Origin: the human T2T-CHM13v2.0 reference genome, Homo sapiens
Length of the DNA: 64,000 nucleotides
NCBI RefSeq assembly: GCF_009914755.1
Contig: NC_060931.1
Direction: 5' to 3' (one strand)
Below the pieces are notes generated by a model. It saw only the letters and a list, made by a program, of their open reading frames with translations, had not been told where the DNA came from and ran no database searches. Of this stretch, positions 48,970 to 63,769 are shown piece after piece. The position numbers and the translations under genes are program-made. How positions within the stretch are numbered: position 1 is the first letter of the stretch; each line of letters opens with the position of its first letter.

Positions 48970-49698
48970 TATAGCACCATTTTTCATAAAAGCCCAAAGA
49001 TGGAAACAGCCAAATGTCTATCAGATGATGGATAAACAAAATGTGGTACAGGCACACCTCATATTTATTGCAGTTCACTTTATCGTGCTTTACAAATATT
49101 GCTTTTTTTTTTAAACAAATTGAAGGTTTGTGGCAACCCTGTTTTGTGCAAGTCTATCAGCACCATTTTTCTAACAGGTGCTCACTTTGTGTCTCCGTGT
49201 CACATTTCTGTTATTCTCATAATATGTCAAACATTTTCATTATTGTTATATCTGTCATGGTGATCTGTGATCAGTGATCTTTGATGTTACTATTGTAATT
49301 GTTTTGGGGTACTACAAACCGCACCCATATAAGATGGCAAAGTTAATAACTGTGTGTTCTGACTGCTCCACTAACCAGCCATTCCCCCATCTCTTTCCCT
49401 CTCTTCAGGCCTCCCTATTCCATGAGATACAACAATTTCAAAATTAAGCCAATTAATAAGCCTACTTAAGTACTAAACAGTGTTTAAGTGAGAGGAAGAG
49501 TCACACCTCTTTCACTTGAAATCAAAAGCTAGAAATGACTAAGTTTAGTGAAGGCATGCCGAAAGCTGAGACAGGATAAAAGCTAGGACCCTTGCACCAA
49601 ACAGCCGAGTTTTGAATGCAAAGAAAAACTTCTTGAAGGAAATGGAAAGTGCTACTCCAGTGAACGAACACACAAATGATAAGAAAGTGAAACAGCCT

Positions 49699-49811
49699 TT
49701 AAGGGATTGTTATGGTTATGGTTTGATCTATCTAGACAACTAAAACTTTTTCTGATATAGAAAAGCTTCTAGTTGTCTAGATAGATCAAACTAACTATAA
49801 CAATTCCTTAA
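49699..49811. repeat. Fold-back inverted duplication (~54-bp arms, 5-nt loop) within Tigger1
   Basis: gtttgatctatctagacaacta pairs perfectly with tagttgtctagatagatcaaac, and the pairing extends imperfectly to ttaagg / ccttaa. Confidence 0.9.
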
Positions 49812-49969
49812 GCCAAAGCCTAGTCGAGAGCAAAGCCCTAACTCTCTTCCATTCTACGAAGGCTGAGAGAGGTGAGGAAGTTGTAGAAGGAAAGTTTGAA
49901 GGAAGCAGAGGTCAGTTCATGAAGCTTAAGGAAAGAAGCCATCTCTGTGACATAAAAGTGCAAGGTAGG

Positions 49970-50552
49970 GGCTGGCCATGGTGGCTCACACCTGTAATCC
50001 CAGCATTTTGGGAGGCCAAGGTGGGCAGATCACTGGAATCCAGGAATTCAAGACCAGCCTGGGCAATATGCGAGACCCCATCTCTACAAAATATGCAAAA
50101 GTTAGCTGGGCATGGTGGCACATACCTGTAGTACCAGCTCCTTGGGAGGCTAAGGTGGGAGGATTGCTTGAGCCTGGGAGGCAAGGGTTGCAGTGAGTTG
50201 AGATTGCACCACTATGCTCTGGTCTGTGCAACAGAGTGAGACCCTGTCTCAAAAAAAAAAAATTTTAAGGTGGACTAGGGGCAATATCTCATGACTGTAA
50301 TCCCAGTGCTTTGAGAGTCTAAGGCAGGAGCATCACCTGAGGCTAGGAGTTCGAGACCAGCCTAGGCAATGTGGCAAGATCCCATCTCCACAAAATAAAA
50401 TTTTAAAAAATTAGTTGGGTATGGTGGCACACACTTGTAGTCCTAGCTACTCGAGAGGCTGAGGTAGGAGGATTACTTAAGCCCAGGAGATCGAGGCCAC
50501 AGTGAACTATGTGTGGCAGAGCAAGAATCTGTCTCTAAAAGAAAATAAAAAA
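49970..50552 (+). mobile_element. Two tandem AluJ elements (49970-50262 and ~50272-50552)
   Basis: J-type ggattgcttgagcc and gggcaatat/ggcaag motifs; two A-tails. Confidence 0.85.
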
Positions 50553-50747
50553 TTACAAAATGAAGCAGCAAATGCTGATGGAGAAACCACAGCAAGTTAT
50601 CCAGAAGATCTAGCTAATACTGATGAACGTGGCTACACCAAATAACAGATTTTCGTGTAGACAAAACAGCCTTACATTGGAAGAAGATGCCATGTAGCAC
50701 TTTCACAGCTAGACAGAAGTCAATGCCTGGCTTTGAAGCTTCAAAGA

Positions 50748-50883
50748 GCCAGGTGTGATGGTATGCCAGTAACTCAAGCTACTCAAGTGGCTGAATCAGG
50801 AGGATGGCTTTAGCCCAGGAATTGGAGGCCAGCCTGGGCAACATAGCAACATAGTGAGAACTCTGTCTCTTCAAAAAAAAAAA
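50748..50883 (+). mobile_element. FLAM-type Alu monomer
   Basis: Single arm gccaggtgtgatgg...aggaggatggctttagcccagga...cagcctgggcaacatag plus A-tail. Confidence 0.75.
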
Positions 50884-50910
50884 CCAAAGACAGGCTCTCT
50901 TTTTAGGGGC

Positions 50911-51309
50911 TGATAAGGTTTGGATATCTGTCCCCTCTAAATCTCATGTTGAAATGTGATTCCCAGTGTTGGAGGTGGGGCCTTAGTGGGAGGTGTTTGA
51001 GTCATGGGGGTGGATCCCTCATGAATGGCCTGGTGCCCTCATGGTAATGAGTGAGTTCTTGCTCTAAGTTCACATGAGATCTGGTTGTTTAAAAGAGTGT
51101 GGCACTTCCCCCCTCCCTCTCTCATCATGTGATACATTGGCTCCCCCTTTACCTTCCACCAAGATTGGAAGCCTCCTGAGGCCTCATCAGGAGGAGATGC
51201 TGCTGCCATGCTTGTACAGCCTGCAGAACCATGAGCCAAATAAATCTCTTTCTGCATAAATTACCCTGCCTCAGTTACTCCTTTATAGCAACACAAACGG
51301 AATAATACA
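50911..51309 (+). mobile_element. MST (MaLR) solo LTR
   Basis: tgataaggtttgga...aaatctcatgttgaaa...ctttatagcaacacaaacggaataataca; 5-bp TSD ggggc (50906-50910 / 51310-51314). Confidence 0.9.
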
Positions 51310-51723
51310 GGGGCTGATACAGCTGGGGACTAAGTTGAAGCCAGTGCTCATTTACCATTCTGAAAATCTTAGGGTCCTTACAGATTATTCTAAATCTACT
51401 CTGCCTGAGCTCTAGAAATGGAACAACAAAGCCTGGGTGACAGCACATCTCTTTACAGCATGGTTTACTTAATATTTTAAGCCCACTGTTGAGACCTACT
51501 GCTGAGAAAAAAAAAAAAAGATTCCTTTCAAAAAAATTTTCTTTCAAAATATTACTGTTCATTGACAATGCAGCTGGTCACCCAAGAGCTGTAATGGAGG
51601 TATATAAAAAAATAATAGTAATGTTGTTTTCATGCCAGTTAATCCAATGTCCATTCTGCAGCCCATGGATCAAGGAGAGTAATTTCTACTTTCAAGTCTT
51701 ATTATTTAAGAAATACTTTGTGT

Positions 51724-52042
<319 letters not shown>

Positions 52043-53055
52043 CTATTGCTGCCATAGATAGTGTTTCCCCTAATGGATCTCAGCAATGTGAATTGAAAAC
52101 CTTCTGGAAAGTATTCTTCAATCTAGATGTCATTAAGAACTTTTGTGATTCATAGAAGTTAATAAAAATTCAAAGTTAATAGAATTTATAAAAATATCAA
52201 CATTAACAAGAGTTTGGAAGAAGTTGACTCCAGCCTTCAAGGATGACTTTGAGTCTTGACTTGATTTCAAGACTTCCGTGGAGGAAGTAATGCAGATGTG
52301 GTGGAAATAGCAAGAGAACTAGAATTAGAAGTGGAGCCTGAAGATGGGACTGAATTGCTGCCATCTCATGATAAAATTCAAATACATGAGGAGTTGCTTC
52401 TTATGAATGAACAAAGAAAGTGGTTTCTTGAGATGGAACCTACTCCTGCTGAAGTTGCTGTGAACATCATTGAAGTGACAACAAAGTATTTCAAATTTTA
52501 CATAAACTTAGTTGATAAAGCAGCAGCAGGGTTTGAGAAGACGCACTTCCATTTTGAAAGAAGTCATATTGTGACTAAAATGCTATCAAACAGCATCACG
52601 TGCTATAGAAAAATCTTCCATGAAAGGAAACTTCCTTGTGGTCTTATTTTAGAAATTCCACAGCCACCTCAGCCTTCAGCAGCCACCACCCTCATCAGTC
52701 AGCCGCCATCAACATGGAGGCAGGACACCTCCATGTTTACCAGCAAAAATTCGTTCATTAATTTATTTTTAAATTAAGTATGTATATTTTTTAGATGTAA
52801 TGCTACTGCGCACTTACCAGTCTACAGGATGCTATAAACATAGCTTTTGCACTGGGAAACGAAAACTTCTGTCTTTATTGTGATATTCACTTTATTGCAG
52901 TGGTCTGGAACCAAACCCTCAATATCTCCAAGGTATGCATTTATATATCCACACAGAATACTATTTGGCAATAAAAAAGGATGAAGTACTGACACATGCT
53001 ACCATATGGATGAACCTTGAAAACATTAGGCTAACTGAAAGAATCCAACCACTAA

Positions 53056-53428
<373 letters not shown>

Positions 53429-53727
53429 TAGAGACAGAAAGTATCTTAGTGGTATCCAGGGCCTGAGGGGAGTGGAGAATGGTGAGTGACTGACAGTAGG
53501 TATGGGGTTTTCATGGTGATGAAAATATTCTAAAATTAGATAGTGGTGATAGTTGTACAACTCTATAGGTATACTAAAATCACCGAATTGTATACTTTTA
53601 AGAGGTGTTTTATGATATGTGAATTATGTCTCAATAAAGCTGTTATTTTTAAAAGTTTCTCTCCCACAAGACTTCCTAGTGGGAAATAAATCCTGAAGAT
53701 GGGGGAAGGGTATGATTTATATTGTAG

Positions 53728-53920
53728 TTAAGGCGACTGGCTGCCTCATTTGCCTGGGACTGAAGGCATTCCCGCATGTAGAACTTTCAGTGCTAAAACC
53801 AGAAAAGTCCTGAGCAAACCACGCAATGTTTGAGACTTACTTATACTAAAAAACTGTCAATGTTTATCGGAAATTTAACTAGGCATTCTGTATTTTTATT
53901 TGCTAAATCTGGCAACTCTA
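53728..53920. mobile_element. hAT-type fragments (MER94-like joined to MER53-like half)
   Basis: tttgcctgggactg...actttcagtgctaaaacc..aaaagtcc followed by ctgtatttttatttgctaaatctggcaactcta. Confidence 0.6.
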
Positions 53921-54675
53921 TGATGATCCAATTTATTCAGATCAAGTTGAAACAAAGAGCTAGAATTAAGAGAAAAAGCAAAGAGAAACTAAAAGAGTTT
54001 GGAGTTAAGGAAAAGAGCTCCCAAAGCATTTTCTAACCTTGGCCAAGACTATGGCAAGATAGTTTTGCCGAGATCTCTTTTCATAACATTCTAACGTTCC
54101 CTCATTTCCAAAGTATGTATCAAAGAGTTCATATTGGAGGACTCTTAAAAACTGATATTAATAGTTACATGAAATAATATGTTTCTTAAAGGTATTTCAT
54201 CTTGGATGAAGCTTAAATTAAGCTTCCTCCTGGCAGCTGAGTGCATGATGAATTGTATTATAAGTAAGTCTATTTTTAGCCCACTAGTGCATTGGCAGAC
54301 AGGCTGTTAAAAATAAAAGCAGGCCTAGTAGAATACAGAAGCCCGGGGAGCTTTTCCTTACTATTTAATGAAAATGAAGCGGGTTCTCTGAGCCTATATG
54401 GTTGGAGGGAAGGTGAGGTGTGTGCAGCTGTGATCAGGTTACAAGGCAGTGGCTTGTAATTTATAAATTAGTGTGTAACGTGTCACTGAGGCAGAAGCTG
54501 AGGGACGTAGCACTAACGGGAGTTTCCTGAAATTGCTCAGATAATGGGAGAAAAGAGTTTGCGTGTCTGATCAGGTGGGAAGTGTGATATTTTAAGAATC
54601 TTCCATATTTCCCTGCTGGGGAGCTAGGACTCAGTTCATTGCTTGTTCTTGCCTGGACGCCGCACACCAGGTTAG

Positions 54676-54694
54676 CAGCCACCAGGGGGCACCA
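54676..54694 (+). promoter_or_regulatory. Strong CTCF core motif
   Basis: cagCCACCAGGGGGCACca versus consensus CCACCAGGGGGCGC, in apparently non-repetitive, CpG-richer sequence. Confidence 0.7.
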
Positions 54695-55231
54695 AAGCAG
54701 CCCATCCCAGAGGAAAGCGTGGGCCTCTGAGCCATTGAAATTCACTCCTGAGCACACTTCCCTTTGAGCCCGCATAACCTGATGATGGTGCAGATTCAGC
54801 AGTGCAACACGTGGTTGGGGCGTGTGGATATGGAATCACACAGACAAGGCTTCTGGGTCTAGCCCTGCCTCGTAAAACTTTTACAGCCTCTGTAATCCCC
54901 AAACAGAGATAATAAGAAGTGGTAAGAATTCAATGAGCTGGAAAGCTCATTAATACCTATACCGTGCCTGATGCGTGATAAGTGCCCAAGTCTTCGGTAC
55001 ACGCCAGAAGCCTGGGGTTGTAGGGTGGGTTCAAGTACTAACAACATCACGGAGAAGGCATCTGCTTCCATTCCCTTCTATTCTGGGCTCTCTTCCCCCT
55101 TCCTCTTTCCTTCCACTTCGTTCTCTGTTTAGTTCAAAGGCCTTTGTTTTGGCAGCTTGCCAAGCATGTCCTCCTGAGATAGGCCCTCTGACCGCTCCCC
55201 TGTCCCCAAGTTCTGTCCAATCCTCTACCTC

Positions 55232-55378
55232 GGTATTTCCCAGTGTGGTTCACCAGCCACCTGCACCAGAATCATCCGGACCTACCAAGTTGGAATATCT
55301 GGGAATAGAACCTAGGAATCTGCATTTCAGTGAATTTCCTAAGTGAATTTTACACGTGATAAAGCTTGAAGACTTCTG
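55232..55378. mobile_element. MER5-like MITE
   Basis: gtatttcccagtgtggtt...cacctgcaccagaatca...cctaggaatctgcatttt-like...aagcttgaagacttctg. Confidence 0.55.
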
Positions 55379-56059
55379 ATATAGTCTTAGTAAGATCTTT
55401 TTTTAATAAAAAGAATATAGTGCAGCCTGATCTCAACCAGCTGTTAGGAGGGAAATTGGCTGATTATCTGATTAAAGTAATTCACATTGAATTGTGAAGA
55501 ACAAATAAACTCCCCTTTCAGGAGAATTTGCATTCTGACATTTTGCAAGCCTGGATGAATTTCAAAATGGTGAAATGTGTGGGTTGAGTATTTGAAGAAA
55601 ATGACCTTACCTCTGACCCAAGCTTCAAGGGGAGACTTTGTCTGCACCTGGAAAGGAGGGGTTCTGTAACTTAACAGCCCAGGCCTCCTAGCCTAGAATC
55701 ACCTGAAATTCAGTCCCAAGGACACCAATTGGTGGAGAGAAGGAGAAGTGGAGTGGGAGGTGCAAGAGGAGGAATGGGCAACTCAGGAAAGGATAGAAGA
55801 AGGGAAGGTCAGCAGGCAGGGGAGAGGGAAGAGGAGAGGAAGGAGAACCCTCTCAAATATCCCCATCCTCATAGCACTCAGTGCTGAAGATCTATGTAGG
55901 TGCAGCGTGGACTAGTGGAAAACAGACCCAGCCACTGATCTTTCCACTCTACCCCAGAGATCACAACTGAGACTTCGATTTTATTTGCTATTTAGGTAAT
56001 TTTTCAATATGAAGCTGCCCAGTTCATGGAGGAGGGGTAGTAGCCCCCTTGCCCCTCTT

Positions 56060-57098
56060 TGGGGCTCCCAAACCATTTCTCCTCCCTCCAAGGGTGGTAT
56101 GGTACAGGGCCAGTCCTTGGCCTTTCCTCCTTCTCTTTCTACAGTCCCTGCAATATTATCTGTACAATGGATGGCTCCCAAATATGTATCTCCAGTTCCA
56201 ACCTCTCCCTTGAATTCCAGATCTTTGTGTCTAATGGCCTATTGTGGCTATCTGATTTTCTCCCAAAAAAAGTTTCTCTTGTTCCCCATCTCAGTAAATA
56301 GGACCCCACTCACTCAGATGGACCAAAAACTTGGGAGTCATCATGAGTTTTCTCTCAGATACACACACACACACATTCCTCATGTAACCTATCGCCAAAT
56401 CCTACTGACTCTGCCTTAAAAACGCATCTTAAATCTGATCCCACCTCACCACTTCAACCACTCCCAGCCTGGTCCAAGCCACCACTGCCTCTCTTCCAGA
56501 CCATGTCATCACCTTCTAACTGTCCTCTCTGCTTCAACTCTTACCCCTTACAGTCTTCTTGTCACTCACTCACTCACAGTGAGTCTTACAATGTAATTCT
56601 CATCACCCCCCTCCCCTTCTCCCCACCCTTCAATAATGTCCCATTGCATTGAAAATAAATTCAAAATGCCTCACCATTGCCCAAGAGTCCTATATTGCCC
56701 GGTTCACCCTGATGGCCCATCTCCTATCACCAGCTGCCCTGGCTCCCCTGCTATTTCTCCTGCCTCTGCTTTTGCTGAAGCCTCCACCTAGAAGGTGGAT
56801 TCCCCTAGACATTTTGTTTCCTCATTCCTTCAGGGAAAGTGTCCCTGACCACCTGCTCCAAAATAACAGCTGGCTTCTCACCCCAATTTATTTTTGTTCG
56901 TAGCACTCAAAGCCACCTGATGTATTTATTACACATTTATTTGCGTATTGTCTATATCCACATTTCACTGTAAGGTTTATGAAAGCTAGGACTTACTCTC
57001 CTTTGTCTGCCACTGTATCCCCACACCTAGAATAGTGCCTAACATATCATATATGCTCAATTCATATTTGTTGAACGAATGACTGAATGAGTGAATGG
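56060..57098 (+). mobile_element. L2 (L2a-like) 3' portion
   Basis: ctcccaaatatgtatctccag...aaaacttgggagtcatc...cctggtccaagccacca...cctagaatagtgcct...tatttgttgaacgaatga(tgaa)n end. Confidence 0.8.
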
Positions 57099-57127
57099 AG
57101 GAAAATGAAGAAAAAGTATTAATGTAG

Positions 57128-57512
<385 letters not shown>

Positions 57513-58099
57513 TAAGTAAATTCTTCTTTATTCCACATTCTAAGTCCTCAAAAATTATACATTCACATTTACCAAATTACAAACTCAGCTTTTACCCATT
57601 TACTGTACATAAAACACAATTAATGAGATTAGGCAATAGGAAGCTTTTCTATTGCAAAATTATATTAATGGAGTCTCCCATGGGCTAAGCTGCTCTCTCT
57701 GAAAATCAAGCACATTCCAGAAATCACATTAAAACTCTTTAAGTCCTCCCGGGGTCCCCGGGGTCCCCAGGGTCAAGGGAAAGGAAGACTAATGTGGCTT
57801 CACAAAGAGGCTCACTTGCTCTGAACATTTAACTGTGGATTTGGAAAGATCTGCTTTGTGACTTGTTTCCCACGTCTGAAAGGAAAGAAATCCAGAGAAT
57901 TTTCTCCTTTCATGCCAAAACTTGTTATACTGGCAGCCATTCCCCTATAAATGTTTCCCACAAAGATGGGCACTGACTTCCACCAGGGGTACATCAGCAT
58001 TAGCTCCACGGTGAATAACAGAAGGCTAAATGATTCCCTTGTAGGAAATAACTGAAGGGAAGGAAAGATGACTGTCTAACTTACTGTATAAGAATATTA

Positions 58100-58550
58100 C
58101 CCTAGCTTGGGTTCCCCCATAGATAGATGCTGACACGGGATTTAAGTGCAGGTCATTTTTGTACGTAGAGATCCCAGAAGACACTGGTAGGGGATGAAAA
58201 AGTGAGATGGGGAGAGGAAGGTGGTCAATAAAGGGAGTATTAGCAAACAAGTCATTACTTGGGTAACTGGAGTGCAATCCCACTGGGGATTTCTGAGATT
58301 CCAGGGGCAAGGGAAGTGATATTTATAAATCAATTCTCATCAGTCATTGACTGAGGACTGCTAGAGGTAAGGGATGGTGATTCCCTGGCATTTCCAGTCT
58401 GTCCCATGGGTAAGCAGAGAGGACCCTGCTGGTCAGAGAATGTCCTCCAGCAAAAAGACGCAGAGGCTGGCAGTTAAACACTGGCCCAGTGGGCACTGAA
58501 ATGGTAAAGCCTAAGGGGAAAGTGGCAGAGAAACGACAGCCTCTACTACA
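58100..58550. mobile_element. Ancient ERVL LTR (LTR33-like)
   Basis: gggttcccc...gatcccagaagacactggtagggg...caataaaggg...aatcccactgggga...cagtcattgactgagg...ctactaca. Confidence 0.55.
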
Positions 58551-59082
58551 AGTACTGGCTTCTGCAAAGAGCATTTTCTAAGAATGGACGTTCTCTTATG
58601 AAGTCATCTTTATATGAACAAAGCTTAAAGGAAGAATGCTGGAAAGAGTTCAATGAGAGCTGAAATCCTGGAAATATGTTTAGAAGCAGGTCATCTTGGT
58701 TCAGATTGAGTGGACTAGATCTACTGGTAGGACTTTCAGAGTTGTTTGGGGGTTTTATTTGTGACAACTCTCAACAGCTTGAGAGTCAGAACAAGTTACA
58801 AAGAGAAGCAGATCTTGTATACCTGACTGGAGAAAGCAGCTCTGCCTTTCATTCTGGCAGGTGGCACTTCATCTGCTGTGGGCTGATCCTTCACAGAGCC
58901 ACTGTGTCTACTCTTTCCAAAATCAAGAACCTCACATACATGTACACATACATACATGCTCACTCAGGGGACCACAATATTAGAGACACTGCATTAATTT
59001 GTTTTCATGTTTGGACATATTTTTAAGACATCTTACCCCTTCAAACAATAAACATTCTAATTATGTAAATATGTATCATAGA

Positions 59083-59442
<360 letters not shown>

Positions 59443-60192
59443 CTAGGTCATGGGGATTCAGAGATGTAAGGCCTGGTTCTTGTCCTTGAGGCATGCACAA
59501 TGTCAGTGAGGAAGATTTCCTTGTAAGTAGATACGTTATACCTCTACAATGGAGTCACTGTCACATGTGTCAACAATGCATGGACAATCATGTGTAGGCT
59601 GTAGAAGGCAGAAATCTTAAGCCACTTGAATATTTGGGATGAGTCTAAGTTTTCCAGGCGAAGGAAGAGGGGAGATTTCTGTCCAAATTGTTTCCGTTAA
59701 TGAATCCACTGAAAATCCCCATACTGACTTTTGAAAAGTCAAGCTTACATCAGAAAGTCAGCAGTTAGAAAGATGGAAGGAAAAGAAGTTACATGATAGC
59801 TTCACGTCAAGGAGAGATGAGTTGAATCTGACCAAAGACAGAAAGAGAAGAAAAAAAAGAAGTAAAGGTATACCTATTATTTAAACTCACAAAGGCATTG
59901 TTTAAAATCAAAATTGGGAGAGAAAGGAGGTGAGAAGGAACGGAGGTGAATCTTCACTTTTCTAGAGAAGACTCAACATATAGTGTCTAAAATTGATAAA
60001 TGCATAATTAAACAAATGTTAACATAGTATTTAGACTACTGAAGTAACTACTGCAATAAAACTGGAAACTATTAAAACAGCTTGTCTCCAGGGAGTAAGA
60101 CCGGGTATGAGAAGGGATGAAGTGGGGTGACTCTTCATTATAAGATCATTTGTATGGTCTGACTTTTTAAAAATCAAGTATTGGCTTTTCCA

Positions 60193-60545
<353 letters not shown>

Positions 60546-60852
60546 TCATCTTTATATGAACAAAGTTTAACAGGAGAACTCTGGAAAGATTTCAACGAGA
60601 ACTGAAATCTTGGAAATATGAAGAATTTCAGTGGATAAATTAATGGAAACATTTAAAATCAATGTACATATTACCTTGATGAAGTAGAAATTTTCAAGTT
60701 CAAGCTGCTACACTCTGCCTGCTATATTATACCATCTCAAAATTATACATGTTCAATCAGTTTTTTTAATTAAAGAGCAGTCCTAATTATATTTCCTAGA
60801 GATCTTTCCTTCTCTCCTCTTCTCATTCGCTTCTTAGGATAAGGAAACATCT

Positions 60853-61143
60853 GGCAGGCTTGGTGGCTTGTGCCAGTAATCCCAGAAGTTTGTGAGATCG
60901 AGGCAGGAGGATTACTTGAGGCCAGGAGTTTGAGACCAGCCTGGCTACATAGTGAGACCCTCTTCCCTTCAAAAAATAAAAATAACAAATTAGCCAGGCT
61001 TCATGGCACTCACTTATAGTCTAGCTACTCAAGAGCCTGAGTTGGGAGGGTCCCTTGAGCCCAGGATTTTAAGGCTGCAGTGAACTATGATTGTGCCACT
61101 TCACTCACCTGGTCAACAAAGTGAAATCCTGTCTCTAAAAAAA
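60853..61143 (+). mobile_element. AluJ
   Basis: aggaggattacttgaggccaggag...acatagtgagaccc...gaactatgattg. Confidence 0.87.
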
Positions 61144-61974
61144 CAAGTGGTTGGGAGATTCTCCTGCTCTATACCTGCAGAGCAGACAGGAGGCCTTACT
61201 GGTCCTGTGCATCTTAATCTTTGCTCCATCCCCTTCCTCCCCCGCATTACAACGCCCCGTGGAGCTCAGGGGAAAATACCCAGTTGCTGCCTTGAGCAGT
61301 AGACTTGCCTCAGAGCTCCTAGCTTACTGTTTACATGCAGGGTCTGGAACTAAGCAGCTAAATTGGCTGTGTGTTTGTCCCTTTAGAACTGATTGTCAGT
61401 CCTTCCCCCTCAGTCCGTTCAGTGGATTCTGAACACTGGCCGGGTGAAGGTCTCATTGCCCAGAGCTGAGATCAACCGCTAACAAGAAGAAAACTATTTC
61501 AGGCCAGAGGCCATGGGAGAAATGGCGGGGAAGCCAGGCTCTTCTGTGGATGACACGCCAGGCTCAGGTGGCCAGTGAGGACCATCTTTGTGATTTGTTC
61601 ATTCATTTTTTTACCTGAAATGGAGACTGATGTGGCTCCCGGGAGGGGGCTATGAAGAGGACAAGGCCTGTGAGGTGCTGCCAATACTTTCTTGCCTCAC
61701 AGGCTGATGAGAATAGACAGAACCACAGCACCATGAAGCCCACCAGCAGCGCCCCAGCTCCCCAGCCTCGTGCCTGCAACAGAGTAGGTGGTCACTGAAG
61801 GTTTCATTTCTTTTTAATCTCCCATAGTAGAGAATTTCTGTTTCTACCATTATGACACAACTGTTGCAGCTATGAGGACAAATCTTTTGAGCCTTTCTGC
61901 AGATCTGGGTGCCTTACCCCCAACTTTCATATCAGAGACATCTAGTTGCCAAATTAAGGGTCTGTTTTGAATGG

Positions 61975-62423
61975 TTTCTTACTCTGTTTTGTGTTGCTAT
62001 AACAGAATACCATAAAAAAAAAATTTGTTTTGTTTGAATTCTCTTTTTCAGGCAGCCCCCACAATCACAGCAGATTCAGAGAGACTCCCATAAATGTATT
62101 TCTTACAGTTCTGGAAGCTGGGAAGTCCAAGGCTGAGGGGCTGCTTCTGGTGAGGGCCTTCTGGCTGCATCATAACATGGCGGAAGGGCAAGCAGGCGTG
62201 CGAGACTGGAAAGCAGGCTGAATATCATCCCTTTATCATGTGTGAGACAGGAAATCAGGCCAAATTTCATCCCTTTATTGGGACCCCACTCCCAGTGACA
62301 ACAGCATTAATCCATCATGACCCCTCATGACCTAAGCACCTTTTAAAGGTCCCACTGTTAATACTATTACAATGGCAATTAGATTTCAACATGAGTTTCA
62401 GAGGGGACATTCAAACCACAGTA
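61975..62423 (-). mobile_element. MST-type MaLR LTR
   Basis: ttgtgttgctataacagaatacca...cagttctggaagctgggaagtccaag...atttcaacatgagtttcagaggggacattcaaacca. Confidence 0.8.
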
Positions 62424-63266
62424 GTCCCTGAATTGGCATTCTCTTGTGTTGGCCAAGAGCCATTCTCTGAATCACAAATAAAATGAACGCCTGGGCAGAG
62501 GTTGGGAAGCCTTTCTAAGAACCAGAAATCTGTTCTATCTGTGGAAGAAGAATGTCCTATTATAGTGAGCAAGAGATGGACAAAGCAGAAATGATATGTG
62601 CTGCTAGGAGCATTATTTGGCTCTCCTGTCTGTGACAGCCACCAAAGGCAACAAGAATAATGAAAAGAGATATGGTGTAGACAGGCTGACAGAAATGTCT
62701 GGAGGGAGCTCTTAGAGTGACTTAAACAGCCCCAACCTTGTTCTAGGATCTCACTAGACTCAGTGAATCACTTTGAACACAAATTAATCCAGCTACCAGG
62801 AATCTAAGAAAAAGAAATTGAAAGTTATTATTTTCTATTGTTATGACTTCTCATCCTTATGAAAGTGTTCTTCTTTTGCAACACTTTGCATATTGATCAC
62901 AGATTTTCTTCTCAATGCTCATTCACTTATTCAACAAGAATGCATTGGGTGATACATTGAGGAATGCATTGAATGTATGTGAAGGTGCTAAAAGGAATGT
63001 TTAGAATAGCTATCCTTTTGGTGTGCTGAGAGTCTTCAGAGCATCTCCTAATCACTCTCTTAGAGAAGCAAATACAAACCCACAATAACATGGAAGATGG
63101 TAGAATGTTTAGCTTTTTATTTCCAAGGAATTTAATTTTCAAAATAATAGTGGCACATTTTTCCCAGTTATAAAAATGATGTGTGTTCAGCTCACTGTAA
63201 AAATAAAAACAGAAAAAGAAAAATCAGACAATTTTTCTTTTTCAGAGTCAAAAAACATCCTAAATC

Positions 63267-63582
<316 letters not shown>

Positions 63583-63769
63583 TCAGAGCTCAACTAACAT
63601 TATGGGGTAGATCCTTCCATATTTTTTCTATGTACATATAAACATATTTGATTTTCAAAAATGAGATTCCATTAATCATGCTACTTCATATCCTGCTTTA
63701 TTCTTTTATTATGGTATGTATGTTATTCATTTATTATAGAGCTATACAATCATTTTAAATGGCTGTATA

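Noticed and set aside
52298-52777. 159-aa ORF as a TIGD-like gene
   Set aside because: Non-ATG fragment of a decayed Tigger1 that is interrupted by several insertions.
58556-58663. Short open frame ([22 protein letters not shown]...) in the duplicated segment as a coding exon
   Set aside because: No flanking splice signals, ends in a stop, and the frame is not clearly preserved in the second copy.
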